A stretch of 64,000 bases of DNA, from positions 74,575 through 138,574 of the forward strand of contig CAAGCB010000029.1 of NCBI GenBank assembly GCA_900768185.1, given 5' to 3'. Below, in pieces: positions 1 through 7,851 of this stretch; position 1 is the first letter of the stretch, and each line of letters starts with the position of its first letter. Source of the stretch: Alphaproteobacteria bacterium. GTDB taxonomy: Bacteria > Pseudomonadota > Alphaproteobacteria > CAAGCB01 > CAG-977. Under the pieces are notes generated by a model. That model saw only the letters and a program-made list of their open reading frames with translations. It ran no database searches and was not told where the DNA came from. A program made the position numbers and the translations under genes.

Positions 1-442
1 TGTCGTTGTCGATGTAGGAACGACCGTCCTTGACGGAAATTGCGCCGAACGCGCAAGCCGTCGTGCAGGGACGCGCGACGCAACCGCGACACAGATCGGT
101 GACGTAGATGCGAGTCGGACCGCAGCCTTTGCACGCCGAATCGATGACGGTCATGACCGTCGCGTCGGGCTTTTCGCGTTTTAGAGCGCGGCGCGCATAT
201 TCGGACAGGGGTGTTTTGTCGTCGTCGTCCTCGACGGAGCCGCCCATGGCGGCGATGGCGCGTTCGCGCAGGACGGCGCGTTCTTTGTGAATGCAGCAAC
301 GATAGGGCACTTCCGCGTGTTTGGGGCGCATATCGAACGGCAAATCGTCGGCTTTCTTTTCCAATTCGTCCGCCATGAACGCTTTGAGCAAGCGAACCAT
401 GACTTCGCGTCGCAAAAGGACGGTGTTGGCTTCTGTCGGCAT
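1..442 (-). CDS. 4Fe-4S cluster protein, 5' portion only (gene runs off the window start); possibly [FeFe]-hydrogenase-family or other Fe-S oxidoreductase
   Basis: Manual reverse-strand translation from the ATG at 442..440 gives MPTEANTVLLRREVMVRLLKAF...CKGCGPTRIYVTDLCRGCVARPCTTACAFGAISV with Cys-rich ferredoxin-like motifs. A GAGGA RBS lies 6 nt upstream. The gene is divergent from rex. It is absent from the ORF track because there is no in-window stop. Confidence 0.5.
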   Translation of the reverse strand, partial: MPTEANTVLLRREVMVRLLKAFMADELEKKADDLPFDMRPKHAEVPYRCCIHKERAVLRERAIAAMGGSVEDDDDKTPLSEYARRALKREKPDATVMTVIDSACKGCGPTRIYVTDLCRGCVARPCTTACAFGAISVKDGRSYIDND

Positions 443-636
443 GTTTATCCTCTATTTCCAGCAGTTGATGAAATTCAAACCCGCGCCGTTTTTATCGGAC
501 GGCAAAACGGTTCGGTTTAGGCGGAATCTAGCCTAACGACGACCAAAAAGCAACACTTTGCAAGATTCCGTGCTGGATTTTTTTAGTCGATTCGCCTAAA
601 ATCGCCGTTGTTCGCTTGTTGAAACCGGATAAGGAA

Positions 637-1266
637 ATGAAAAAGGAAATATCGGAAAAAGTGCTGGGGCGTCTGACCCTGTATCACAGCATTTTGATTG
701 AATGCATCGAAAACGGCACGGACACGATTTCCAGTTCGCAAATCGCCGCGCGTCTGCGTATTGACGATTCCCAAGTGCGCAAGGATTTCAAACTGCTGAA
801 CAACGAAGGACGCGGACGCGTCGGCTACCATGTCCCCGATCTGAAAGATTCGATCGAAGACACGCTGGGGTTCAAGACGACCAAAGACGCCGTCATCGTC
901 GGCGCGGGACATTTGGGGCAGGCGCTGGCGAAATATACGGCGTTCAACGACTACGGGCTGAACATTCACGCGCTGTTCGACACGGACGAGGGAAAAATCG
1001 GCGCGGCGATCAACGGTAAAAGGATTTTCGACATTTCCGAACTGCCCGCGCTGATGCGCGCGCAGGGCATCGAAATCGCCATTTTGACCGTTCCCGGGGC
1101 GTGCGCGCAGCAGACGGCGGATTTTTTGACGAAAGCCGATGTCAAATACATCTGGAATTTCACGCCCGCCGTGTTAAAAGTCCCCGACGATGTCAAAGTC
1201 TGGAACGAAAACCTGATTGCCAGCTTTTTGCAATTCGCCTGCCGCGATTTCCAAAAGGAAGACTGA
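637..1266 (+). CDS. rex: Redox-sensing transcriptional repressor Rex
   Basis: N-terminal wHTH (LGRLTLYHSILIE...ISSSQIAARL) plus a C-terminal NAD(H) Rossmann fold (VIVGAGHLGQALA, ILTVPG, NFTP). There is collinear similarity to B. subtilis Rex. The ATG at 637 with an AAGGA RBS is preferred over the track's TTG at 616. Confidence 0.85.
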   Translation: MKKEISEKVLGRLTLYHSILIECIENGTDTISSSQIAARLRIDDSQVRKDFKLLNNEGRGRVGYHVPDLKDSIEDTLGFKTTKDAVIVGAGHLGQALAKYTAFNDYGLNIHALFDTDEGKIGAAINGKRIFDISELPALMRAQGIEIAILTVPGACAQQTADFLTKADVKYIWNFTPAVLKVPDDVKVWNENLIASFLQFACRDFQKED

Positions 1267-1278
1267 GCTTTTCCGGCT

Positions 1279-2523
1279 TTATTTTTCAAACAAAGCCGCC
1301 AGTTCCATGTGCGGCGTGAACACGAACTGGTCGACGGGGCGCAGGCGCGTCAAACGGTAGCCGCCGCGTATCAGGATTTCGGCGTCGCGCACGAAACTGA
1401 CCGGATTGCACGAAACGGCGACGACGCGAGGGACGTCCGTCGCGGCGATTTGTTCGCATTGGGCTTTCGCGCCGGCGCGGGGCGGGTCGAACACGACGGC
1501 GTCGTATTCATACAGCTCGTCGGGGTAAAGCGGCGTTTTGAACAGGTCGCGTTCCATTGTTTCGACGCGTCCTTCGCTTGCTTTACGCAAAGCCGCCAAA
1601 GCTTGCGGGGCGTTGTCGGTTCCTTTGACGATCCGCTTTTTCCGCATCAGGGGCAGGGTGAATGTTCCCGCGCCGCAAAACAGGTCGCAGACGCGTTTCG
1701 ATTTGCCGGCGTATTCAACGACGGATTGCGTCAGCGCGTCTTGTCCCGCGACGCTCGGCTGTAAAAAACAGCCCGCGGGCGGCTTGATCGTAAAATCGCC
1801 CGCCTTGATTTCCGGCGCGCGCAAGACCGCCAGCGGTTCGGCGTCCGCGCGTTCGTTCGTTCGCCACGAAATCCGCGCCGCGCCGACGGATTCGGCAAAT
1901 GCCGCCGCGCTTTGCCGCCAGTCGAAATCGGGTTCAAACGGCAGAGTCAGCAAAATGTCCGCCCCGACTTCCGTCATTAAAACATACGCGTCGCCGACGC
2001 CTGCTTTTTTCGGATAGGTGCGTCCGGCATCGCATATAAAAGCCCGCAACGGTTGAATCAGCGCCGATAGAGCGGGAACAAGAACCGGACATCTTTCCAT
2101 TTCGACAATTCGATCGCTTTGCCGCGCGTTGAATCCGAAACGGCGCGTCCGTCCGTTCCAATAAACGGCGAAGCCGGCGCGGCGGCGGGCGTTGATCGGA
2201 GCGAAAAACGGTTCGTCAAATTCGGGCAGATCGCCGATCGAGGAGAGGGTTTCTTTGAAAAAGTGCAGTTTGAAACGGCGGTAAGCGTCCGCGTTCAAAT
2301 GTTGCAGAACGCACCCCCCGCATTCGCCAAAGCACGGACAAAGCGGCGCGACGCGGTCGGGGGAGGGCGTTCGCACGCCGGTCAATCGGGCGCGACCGCC
2401 GCCGATGATTTCGTATTCAACCGTTTCGTCCGGCAGAACGCCCGCGACAAAGACGTTTCCACATTCGCTTTTGATCAGACCGTCGCCTTGACGACCCAAG
2501 TCGAAAACTTTTCCCAGCGGCAT
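1279..2523 (-). CDS. rlmD: 23S rRNA (uracil-5-)-methyltransferase RlmD/RumA family
   Basis: N-terminal TRAM domain, Fe-S cysteines (CPCFGECGGC), and SAM motif DLFCGAGTFTLPL. Confidence 0.8.
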   Translation of the reverse strand: MPLGKVFDLGRQGDGLIKSECGNVFVAGVLPDETVEYEIIGGGRARLTGVRTPSPDRVAPLCPCFGECGGCVLQHLNADAYRRFKLHFFKETLSSIGDLPEFDEPFFAPINARRRAGFAVYWNGRTRRFGFNARQSDRIVEMERCPVLVPALSALIQPLRAFICDAGRTYPKKAGVGDAYVLMTEVGADILLTLPFEPDFDWRQSAAAFAESVGAARISWRTNERADAEPLAVLRAPEIKAGDFTIKPPAGCFLQPSVAGQDALTQSVVEYAGKSKRVCDLFCGAGTFTLPLMRKKRIVKGTDNAPQALAALRKASEGRVETMERDLFKTPLYPDELYEYDAVVFDPPRAGAKAQCEQIAATDVPRVVAVSCNPVSFVRDAEILIRGGYRLTRLRPVDQFVFTPHMELAALFEK

Positions 2524-2589
2524 TGTTTTTTTCCTGTATTTTAGTGACGCTTTGCGGCTACACTATACCCAAACAAACGGGGGATTCCA

Positions 2590-3222
2590 ATGCTGAATAT
2601 TCTGATTGCCGACGATCACGAGCTTTTCTTGGACGGCTTGCGCATGGTGTTGGGGGATTTGGACGATGAAATGCAAATCGATACGGTGCGCAATCATTTG
2701 GAATTGCAGGAAAAAGCGGACGGTAAGACGCCGTACGACCTGATTTTGACGGATTTGGCGATGCCGGGGCTGAATTGGCATGAATCTCTGCGGCGGTTGA
2801 AAGAACATTATCCCAACGTGCCGATCGTTGTCTTGTCCGCCGTGTCCGATCCCGAAAACGTGTTGCAAGCCATTGATATCGGCGCGTCCGGATTCATTCC
2901 GAAAACATCGTCGGCGAAAATCATTCTCAGCGCGTTGCATTTGGTTTTGTCGGGCGGACTTTATTTGCCGTCGGAACTGCTGAATCTGGCAAACAAGGAA
3001 GAAACGGCGCCCCCCGCCGACCACAAAGGACCTTTGACCCCGCGGCAACTGGACGTTCTGCGCCTGATGGGGCAAAGCAAACCGAACAAAATCATCGCTC
3101 GCGAACTGGATTTGTCCGAAGGGACGGTCAAACTGCACGTCACCGCGATTTTAAAAGCGCTTGACGTCACAAACCGGACGGGGGCGGTGATCGCGGGTAA
3201 AAAACTGGGACTGATCGACTGA
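2590..3222 (+). CDS. Two-component response regulator, NarL/FixJ (LuxR-HTH) family; no cognate kinase adjacent
   Basis: Receiver domain (ILIADDH...LILTDLAMPG) plus a C-terminal LuxR-type HTH (LTPRQLDVLRLMGQSKPNKIIARELDLSEGTVKLH). Confidence 0.8.
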   Translation: MLNILIADDHELFLDGLRMVLGDLDDEMQIDTVRNHLELQEKADGKTPYDLILTDLAMPGLNWHESLRRLKEHYPNVPIVVLSAVSDPENVLQAIDIGASGFIPKTSSAKIILSALHLVLSGGLYLPSELLNLANKEETAPPADHKGPLTPRQLDVLRLMGQSKPNKIIARELDLSEGTVKLHVTAILKALDVTNRTGAVIAGKKLGLID

Positions 3223-3235
3223 CGGAAAAACAACC

Positions 3236-4030
3236 ATGACTGACAACGGCAATACGAAAAAATCAAACTCTCCCGCCGCAAAAGCGCCGCCCGTCGTTAA
3301 AACGGACGATGACGTCGCGGAAGAAAAACGAACGGTCGCCGGAGCGCGCAAACCGCCCTTGATGAAAAAGAAAAAAGATGTTCCGGAATATTTGCGGTCC
3401 GTGTACGCGGGGCGGTATTTTCAACCCGTCTTGGCGTCGTGGCTGGACGGGGATATCCCTGCGGAAATTCTGACGCTGTTCTGCACAAAAAAACTGACGA
3501 AAGCCGTTACGGACGAAATTATCGAAGGCGATTCCGTCCTGCAACTGGGGTTGGGATCGGGCGGTTTTGAAACAGCCGTATCCGCCAAAATGAACGGAAA
3601 AGGCAAGTACGTTATCGAAGATTTGTCGTCTTCGCATGCCGCCGCCGCCGAATATCGCATCTCCCCGTGGCTGAACGCCGCCATCAAAGAACGCGATTTC
3701 ACCGTCAACGACGAAAAACGCTATGACGTTGTCATCGGCTGGTTCACGCTGCACGAATTGCCCGACGACAGAAAAAAAGCCGTTCTGAAACGCGCTTGCA
3801 ATGCGTTGAAACCGGACGGCAAAATGATTTTTATCGATTATTCCAAGCCTAAAAAATTCCACCCGTTCGGCTGGTTTGTCAAAATGTTCAACCGTTTGTT
3901 CGAACCGTTCGCCGAAAGCTTGTGGTACAACGAAATCGAAAGCTTCGCCCCCGCCGTCGACAACCTGATATGGGCGAAAAAAACGTACTGCGGCGACATG
4001 TATCAGTGCGTTATCGCGCAAAAACGCTGA
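3236..4030 (+). CDS. Class I SAM-methyltransferase-fold protein with degenerate motif I and a Lys-rich N-terminus (RquA-like?)
   Basis: Motif I-like VLQLGLGSGGF, with Q where MTases have D/E. The post-I acidic residue is in YVIEDL, and motif II/III-like is DVVIGWFTLHEL...LKPDGKMIF. The N-terminal ~50 aa are K/P/A-rich. Confidence 0.5.
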   Translation: MTDNGNTKKSNSPAAKAPPVVKTDDDVAEEKRTVAGARKPPLMKKKKDVPEYLRSVYAGRYFQPVLASWLDGDIPAEILTLFCTKKLTKAVTDEIIEGDSVLQLGLGSGGFETAVSAKMNGKGKYVIEDLSSSHAAAAEYRISPWLNAAIKERDFTVNDEKRYDVVIGWFTLHELPDDRKKAVLKRACNALKPDGKMIFIDYSKPKKFHPFGWFVKMFNRLFEPFAESLWYNEIESFAPAVDNLIWAKKTYCGDMYQCVIAQKR

Positions 4031-4110
4031 TATCCGAGATAAAAAATCACAAAACGCTTGAAAATTTCTTTTAATATTACATAATGTTATTAAAAGAAAG
4101 GAGGAAAAGC

Positions 4111-4428
4111 ATGACGAAAACGGACGTCCAACGTGTGTCGCCGCGCAAAAAAAAGGTCGAAAAGGATTTTTCCCCCGCGGAAATGGGGGACTATTTGATT
4201 TCGACGGTCAGGGAAGTGATAGAGGTCGCGCGCAAACCCGTACCCGTTTTGGATAAAAACGGGACGCCGACGGGGGCGGTCGAATACCAGTCTGCGACGG
4301 TGTTAAAGGCGTGCGAGCTGATGGCGAAACTGATGGGAACGATTCGGGAAACGGACGCGAAGGGCGTTTCGGTGCAAATTGTTTCCTATCGCGACGCGGA
4401 CAATGACGGCGCGCCGGAACAGGCGTAA
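4111..4428 (+). CDS. Phage terminase small subunit-like protein (Terminase_2-like C-terminal signature), orphan
   Basis: An AGGAGG RBS lies 6 nt before the ATG at 4111. The C-terminal VLKACELMAKLMGTIRETDAKGVSVQIV resembles the TerS signature (KAxELLGKHLGMF.D+VE). The promoter region 4031..4110 is AT-rich. No other phage genes are nearby. Confidence 0.35.
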   Translation: MTKTDVQRVSPRKKKVEKDFSPAEMGDYLISTVREVIEVARKPVPVLDKNGTPTGAVEYQSATVLKACELMAKLMGTIRETDAKGVSVQIVSYRDADNDGAPEQA

Positions 4429-4440
4429 AAAAAACGCTCG

Positions 4441-4480
4441 CCGATTTTTTTCGGCGGGCGTTTGTTTTGAAAACGGCGGA
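4441..4480. terminator. Bidirectional rho-independent terminator between the TerS-like gene and gcrA
   Basis: Stem ACGCTCGCCGA / TCGGCGGGCGT (1 mismatch), loop TTTTTTT, followed by TTGTTTTG. Confidence 0.5.
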
Positions 4481-4484
4481 CGAT

Positions 4485-4940
4485 TCAGCGCGACGATTTT
4501 GTCGTGACATAAGCCATTTCGGCGTGTTCGGCGCAATAAGGCTTGTCGGGCAACGCCTGCTTTCCGCAGAAGTGAAAGTCTGCGTCCTTCGGGTCGCCGA
4601 TCGGCCAGCGGCAGGACGTCATCGTCAAATCGTTGACGGTGAACAATTTTTTCTTTTCTTTTTTATCGGCTGATTTTTTTGCGGGCGCGGGTTTGGCGTC
4701 AACGGTTTTCTTTACTTCCGCGGCTTTTTCCCGTTCGACGGGGGCGGTCGCGGGCTGTTCCGGTTGCGGTTCGTCTTCGCCGCGGCGAATGGGGGACGGT
4801 CTGCTGTCCAATTTCAAACGGTGCGCTTTGCCGACGACGGCGTTTTTCGATACGCCCAGCGCTTTGCCGATTTCACCCGTCGTCAAGCCTTGATCCCACA
4901 ATTTTTTCAGTTCTTCAACCTGTTCGTCCGTCCAACCCAT
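4485..4940 (-). CDS. gcrA: Cell-cycle regulator GcrA
   Basis: MGWTDEQVEELKKLWDQGLTTGEIGKALGVSKNAVVGKAHRLKL plus C-terminal CRWPIGDP...FCG...YCAEH, the hallmark GcrA architecture. Confidence 0.85.
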   Translation of the reverse strand: MGWTDEQVEELKKLWDQGLTTGEIGKALGVSKNAVVGKAHRLKLDSRPSPIRRGEDEPQPEQPATAPVEREKAAEVKKTVDAKPAPAKKSADKKEKKKLFTVNDLTMTSCRWPIGDPKDADFHFCGKQALPDKPYCAEHAEMAYVTTKSSR

Positions 4941-4964
4941 GAACGTGTCCTTTCGTTAATCGCG

Positions 4965-6278
4965 TCAGTAGATGCCGTACACGGGGGTTTCCATGTACAT
5001 AATGTCCCCCGCCTTTAAAGCTTGCTGGATTTTATCACTATAATTTTTTACCGCAAGCAGGTTTTCTCGCGTCGTTGTGTACAACCCGACGAAAAGCTGT
5101 ATGCTTTCCCATGAAATCTGGCGGTCGCGCGGGGACAGAACGTCGAACGATTTGGGCGGACGTTTGTATCTGCGCCAAGTGCCGACGTTCAGGGCGATGG
5201 CGGGGCTCATCTTTGCGACTCGGCGCGCTTTGATGATTTTATCGGCGGTGATCGCCCACGATTCGGGGGTGAAGCCCGTTTGCGCCAGCGTTTCGCGGAA
5301 AGTGTCCCGATATTTTTCGGGCATGCGTCCGATTTTGTCAGCCAGCGTCTGCATCGGATTCAGCAGTTCGCCCATCAAATTGTTGTCGCTGAGCGACATG
5401 TCGCGCAACGTTGTGTGAAATTCGTCAAACCTGTCGTCGCCGAACGCGCGTTTCAAATCGTCGAAAGACGTCAGCGCGGCTTCGACGTCGCCTTCGGTCA
5501 GCGGGGACGTTTGCGTGACTTTTTTCGCGGGGGTTTGCGGGCGCACGACGCGGTTGAATGCTGTTCCCGATTGATACGCCTCGGGCGACGGCATGGAATA
5601 TTTTTTCAGCAAAGTCGGATTGTGCAGATCGAACAGATCCGACGGTTTGGTGTTTTCGTCAATGGTGACGACCTTGTTAAATCCCTTGAAATCGCTGCTT
5701 TCGACGCGTGAAGTCGTTGTCCACGCTTCGGGCATCAGGATAATGTACAGGTAGGTCGACATGTACTGACCGTATTTTTCGGCGTATTCTTTCATTTGCG
5801 GGGCGATGCGCGTCGGGAATTTTCCGCGCGTCGCCTTGATTGCGGGAATGTTCCGGATACGGTCGGGAACATAGGGCATGTCGTTGATGAACGGTCCGAC
5901 GTACTGGTACGCGTAATCGGGCAGCATTTGCAGCAGGCGGTAGATGTCGTCTTCCATCTGTTCGCGCTGCTGCAGCAAAGCGTCGACGCCGCCCGGAAAA
6001 GACTTTTCAATCGATTCGGCAAGGGCGGAATAAATTTTTCCCTGATCGACGGCTTCCACTTTGCGGTCTTTATCGTTGCGTTTCAGGTTTTCCCGCACGC
6101 TTTCCAGCAGACCTTTCAGCCGTCCGCCCGCACGTCGCCGGGATTCCGAAAAAACGGGAACGGCGGGAGGCTGTTCGGGCTTGACCGCCGTGACTTCCAG
6201 CGGCTGCCAATTCAGCCGTTCCTGCGCGAACGCGGGGACGACGGTGAAAAACAACAAAAGGGCGGCGGCTTTTTTCAT
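4965..6278 (-). CDS. Secreted hypothetical protein (437 aa, signal peptide)
   Basis: The start is trimmed to MKKAAALLLFFTVVPAFAQE (ATG 6278..6276), which overlaps the upstream gene's stop as TGATG. No domain is recognised. The gene ends 24 nt before the gcrA start. Confidence 0.55.
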   Translation of the reverse strand: MKKAAALLLFFTVVPAFAQERLNWQPLEVTAVKPEQPPAVPVFSESRRRAGGRLKGLLESVRENLKRNDKDRKVEAVDQGKIYSALAESIEKSFPGGVDALLQQREQMEDDIYRLLQMLPDYAYQYVGPFINDMPYVPDRIRNIPAIKATRGKFPTRIAPQMKEYAEKYGQYMSTYLYIILMPEAWTTTSRVESSDFKGFNKVVTIDENTKPSDLFDLHNPTLLKKYSMPSPEAYQSGTAFNRVVRPQTPAKKVTQTSPLTEGDVEAALTSFDDLKRAFGDDRFDEFHTTLRDMSLSDNNLMGELLNPMQTLADKIGRMPEKYRDTFRETLAQTGFTPESWAITADKIIKARRVAKMSPAIALNVGTWRRYKRPPKSFDVLSPRDRQISWESIQLFVGLYTTTRENLLAVKNYSDKIQQALKAGDIMYMETPVYGIY

Positions 6279-7693
6279 CAAGGTTTCTGCACCCTTACCG
6301 TAAAGTTCAGAACGCTTTGTCCCTTGGCGGGAATTTTGACCGTCCATTCCGCCTGACGCGCGTTTTTCGTTTCATAGGGCAGCGACGATGACGACACCGA
6401 CCACTGATTTGAAAACGTCTGACCGTATTTGACGGAAACGGGAATGTCCTTGGCGTTTTTAAAGGTCAGGGAATAGCTGGCTTCGTACGCTTTGGGGGAA
6501 AAAGCCGTGTACGCCGTTTCCCTGCCCGAAACGGTGACGTCGAACGCGTTGCCCAGATGCAGTTTGATTTTGCCGTTTTCGGGCGTGTGGGAAATACGGT
6601 CTTCGCCGACGAAAAACATGTTCTTTTTCGCGTTCGCCTTGTAGACGCGAATTGTTCCCGCCGGCAGGGCAAGTCCCAGATTCGCGGCTTTGGTGTTGTC
6701 GAATTCCAAAACGACTTCGGCGTTGCGGTCGGGCGTTTCACCCGAAAAAGAATCGCCGCGGTACACGGGCAGAACGTCGGCGAACCGGTATTCCTTGCCG
6801 ACCTTGACGTTTGACGCCGACAGCAGGGCAAGCTGCTTCGTCTGGTTCGATTCGATATCCGTTTTGCGTCCCAAAGTGTACAGGTGGTAGTCCATGACCT
6901 GTTCTTCCGCCATGGCGTTGTCCGCCGTCGGCGCCGCCGCCAGCATCAGCCCTTTGGCTCTGAACGCGCGGGGACGGACGGGAAGGACGCGGTTGACCGA
7001 TCCCGCCATGAATCGAATGTCGGCGTTTTTATACGCGGCGCCCGACGTGTTCGTCAGTGTCACCCACCCGTTCAGATTTAAAGCGTCCTCGGCGGCGTTC
7101 AGTTCGGCGACGTAATCGGCGCGCCAGCTCAGTCCGTTTGTCAGATAGCTGAGTTCCAAATCGCGGTCGCCCGCCGTTTCGGCGACGACGCTGATGCTCA
7201 GTGTCGGCTGGTCGTGCAGGTCGGTGGGGACGTCGGGGAAAATCAGTCGTCCGTTGTAATCGGTTTCGATTCTGTCCCCGATTTTCAGCACAAGCCCCGC
7301 GTCAACGGATAAAATTTCGGCGTTTTCAATCGTTTTTTTACCGCTGAGATAATGCGTGTCGATAACTTGGATCTCTTTGCCCAGAAACTTGCGCAACAGG
7401 GATTCGCGCGACAAAAGGTCAAAGTTGAAATTCTGTTCGCGCACCGAAACGCCGTCGCCGTCCAGCAAAGCCGTTTCCGGCTGGATTTGAGCCGAAACCC
7501 CGCGAAACGACAGCGTCGAAACGCCCGCGGGCAAATTGACGGCGCGGGAATCCCTGACCAGCCCCAGCCCGTTGTTGTACACGGTGACGTTCAGCGATTT
7601 GACGGCGCTTTCGTCGATTCTGATGTTCGCCAAAGCAATCCGTCCCGACAGGCAGGCGGCTGTCAAAGCCAATAAAGCGACGCGTTTTTTCAT
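6278..7693 (-). CDS. Secreted/lipoprotein DUF4139-like protein
   Basis: Signal peptide MKKRVALLALTAACLSG. Long beta-rich sequence (VTVYNNGLGLVRD...) resembles the DUF4140/DUF4139 family. Translationally coupled to the downstream gene. Confidence 0.5.
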   Translation of the reverse strand: MKKRVALLALTAACLSGRIALANIRIDESAVKSLNVTVYNNGLGLVRDSRAVNLPAGVSTLSFRGVSAQIQPETALLDGDGVSVREQNFNFDLLSRESLLRKFLGKEIQVIDTHYLSGKKTIENAEILSVDAGLVLKIGDRIETDYNGRLIFPDVPTDLHDQPTLSISVVAETAGDRDLELSYLTNGLSWRADYVAELNAAEDALNLNGWVTLTNTSGAAYKNADIRFMAGSVNRVLPVRPRAFRAKGLMLAAAPTADNAMAEEQVMDYHLYTLGRKTDIESNQTKQLALLSASNVKVGKEYRFADVLPVYRGDSFSGETPDRNAEVVLEFDNTKAANLGLALPAGTIRVYKANAKKNMFFVGEDRISHTPENGKIKLHLGNAFDVTVSGRETAYTAFSPKAYEASYSLTFKNAKDIPVSVKYGQTFSNQWSVSSSSLPYETKNARQAEWTVKIPAKGQSVLNFTVRVQKP

Positions 7694-7768
7694 GTCGACA
7701 CCCCCGTTTGAAATGAAATCCCGAATATTTTAAAGGCGCGAAGCCCCGTTCGCAAGAATATTCCGCAG

Positions 7769-7783
7769 ATTGTGAATCACAAT
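7769..7783. promoter_or_regulatory. 15-bp perfect palindrome ATTGTGAATCACAAT centred on a GANTC (GAATC) site in a divergent promoter region
   Basis: Read directly from the sequence. It lies 76-90 nt upstream of the DUF4139-437aa(-gcrA?) operon and about 70 nt upstream of ugd. A GAATATTC palindrome lies 7 nt upstream. Confidence 0.3.
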
Positions 7784-7851
7784 AAGGTTTGCACCTTGTT
7801 TGAAAAAAAAGTATAACCGAAAAAACTTAACCCATTTGGCAGGAGTGTCGC

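Noticed and set aside
460-476. Candidate Rex operator GTTGATGAAATTCAAAC in the rex / Fe-S divergent region
   Set aside because: It matches the TTGTGAA-N4-TTCACAA consensus in only about half of the positions and is not a clean palindrome. It is kept only as a remark.
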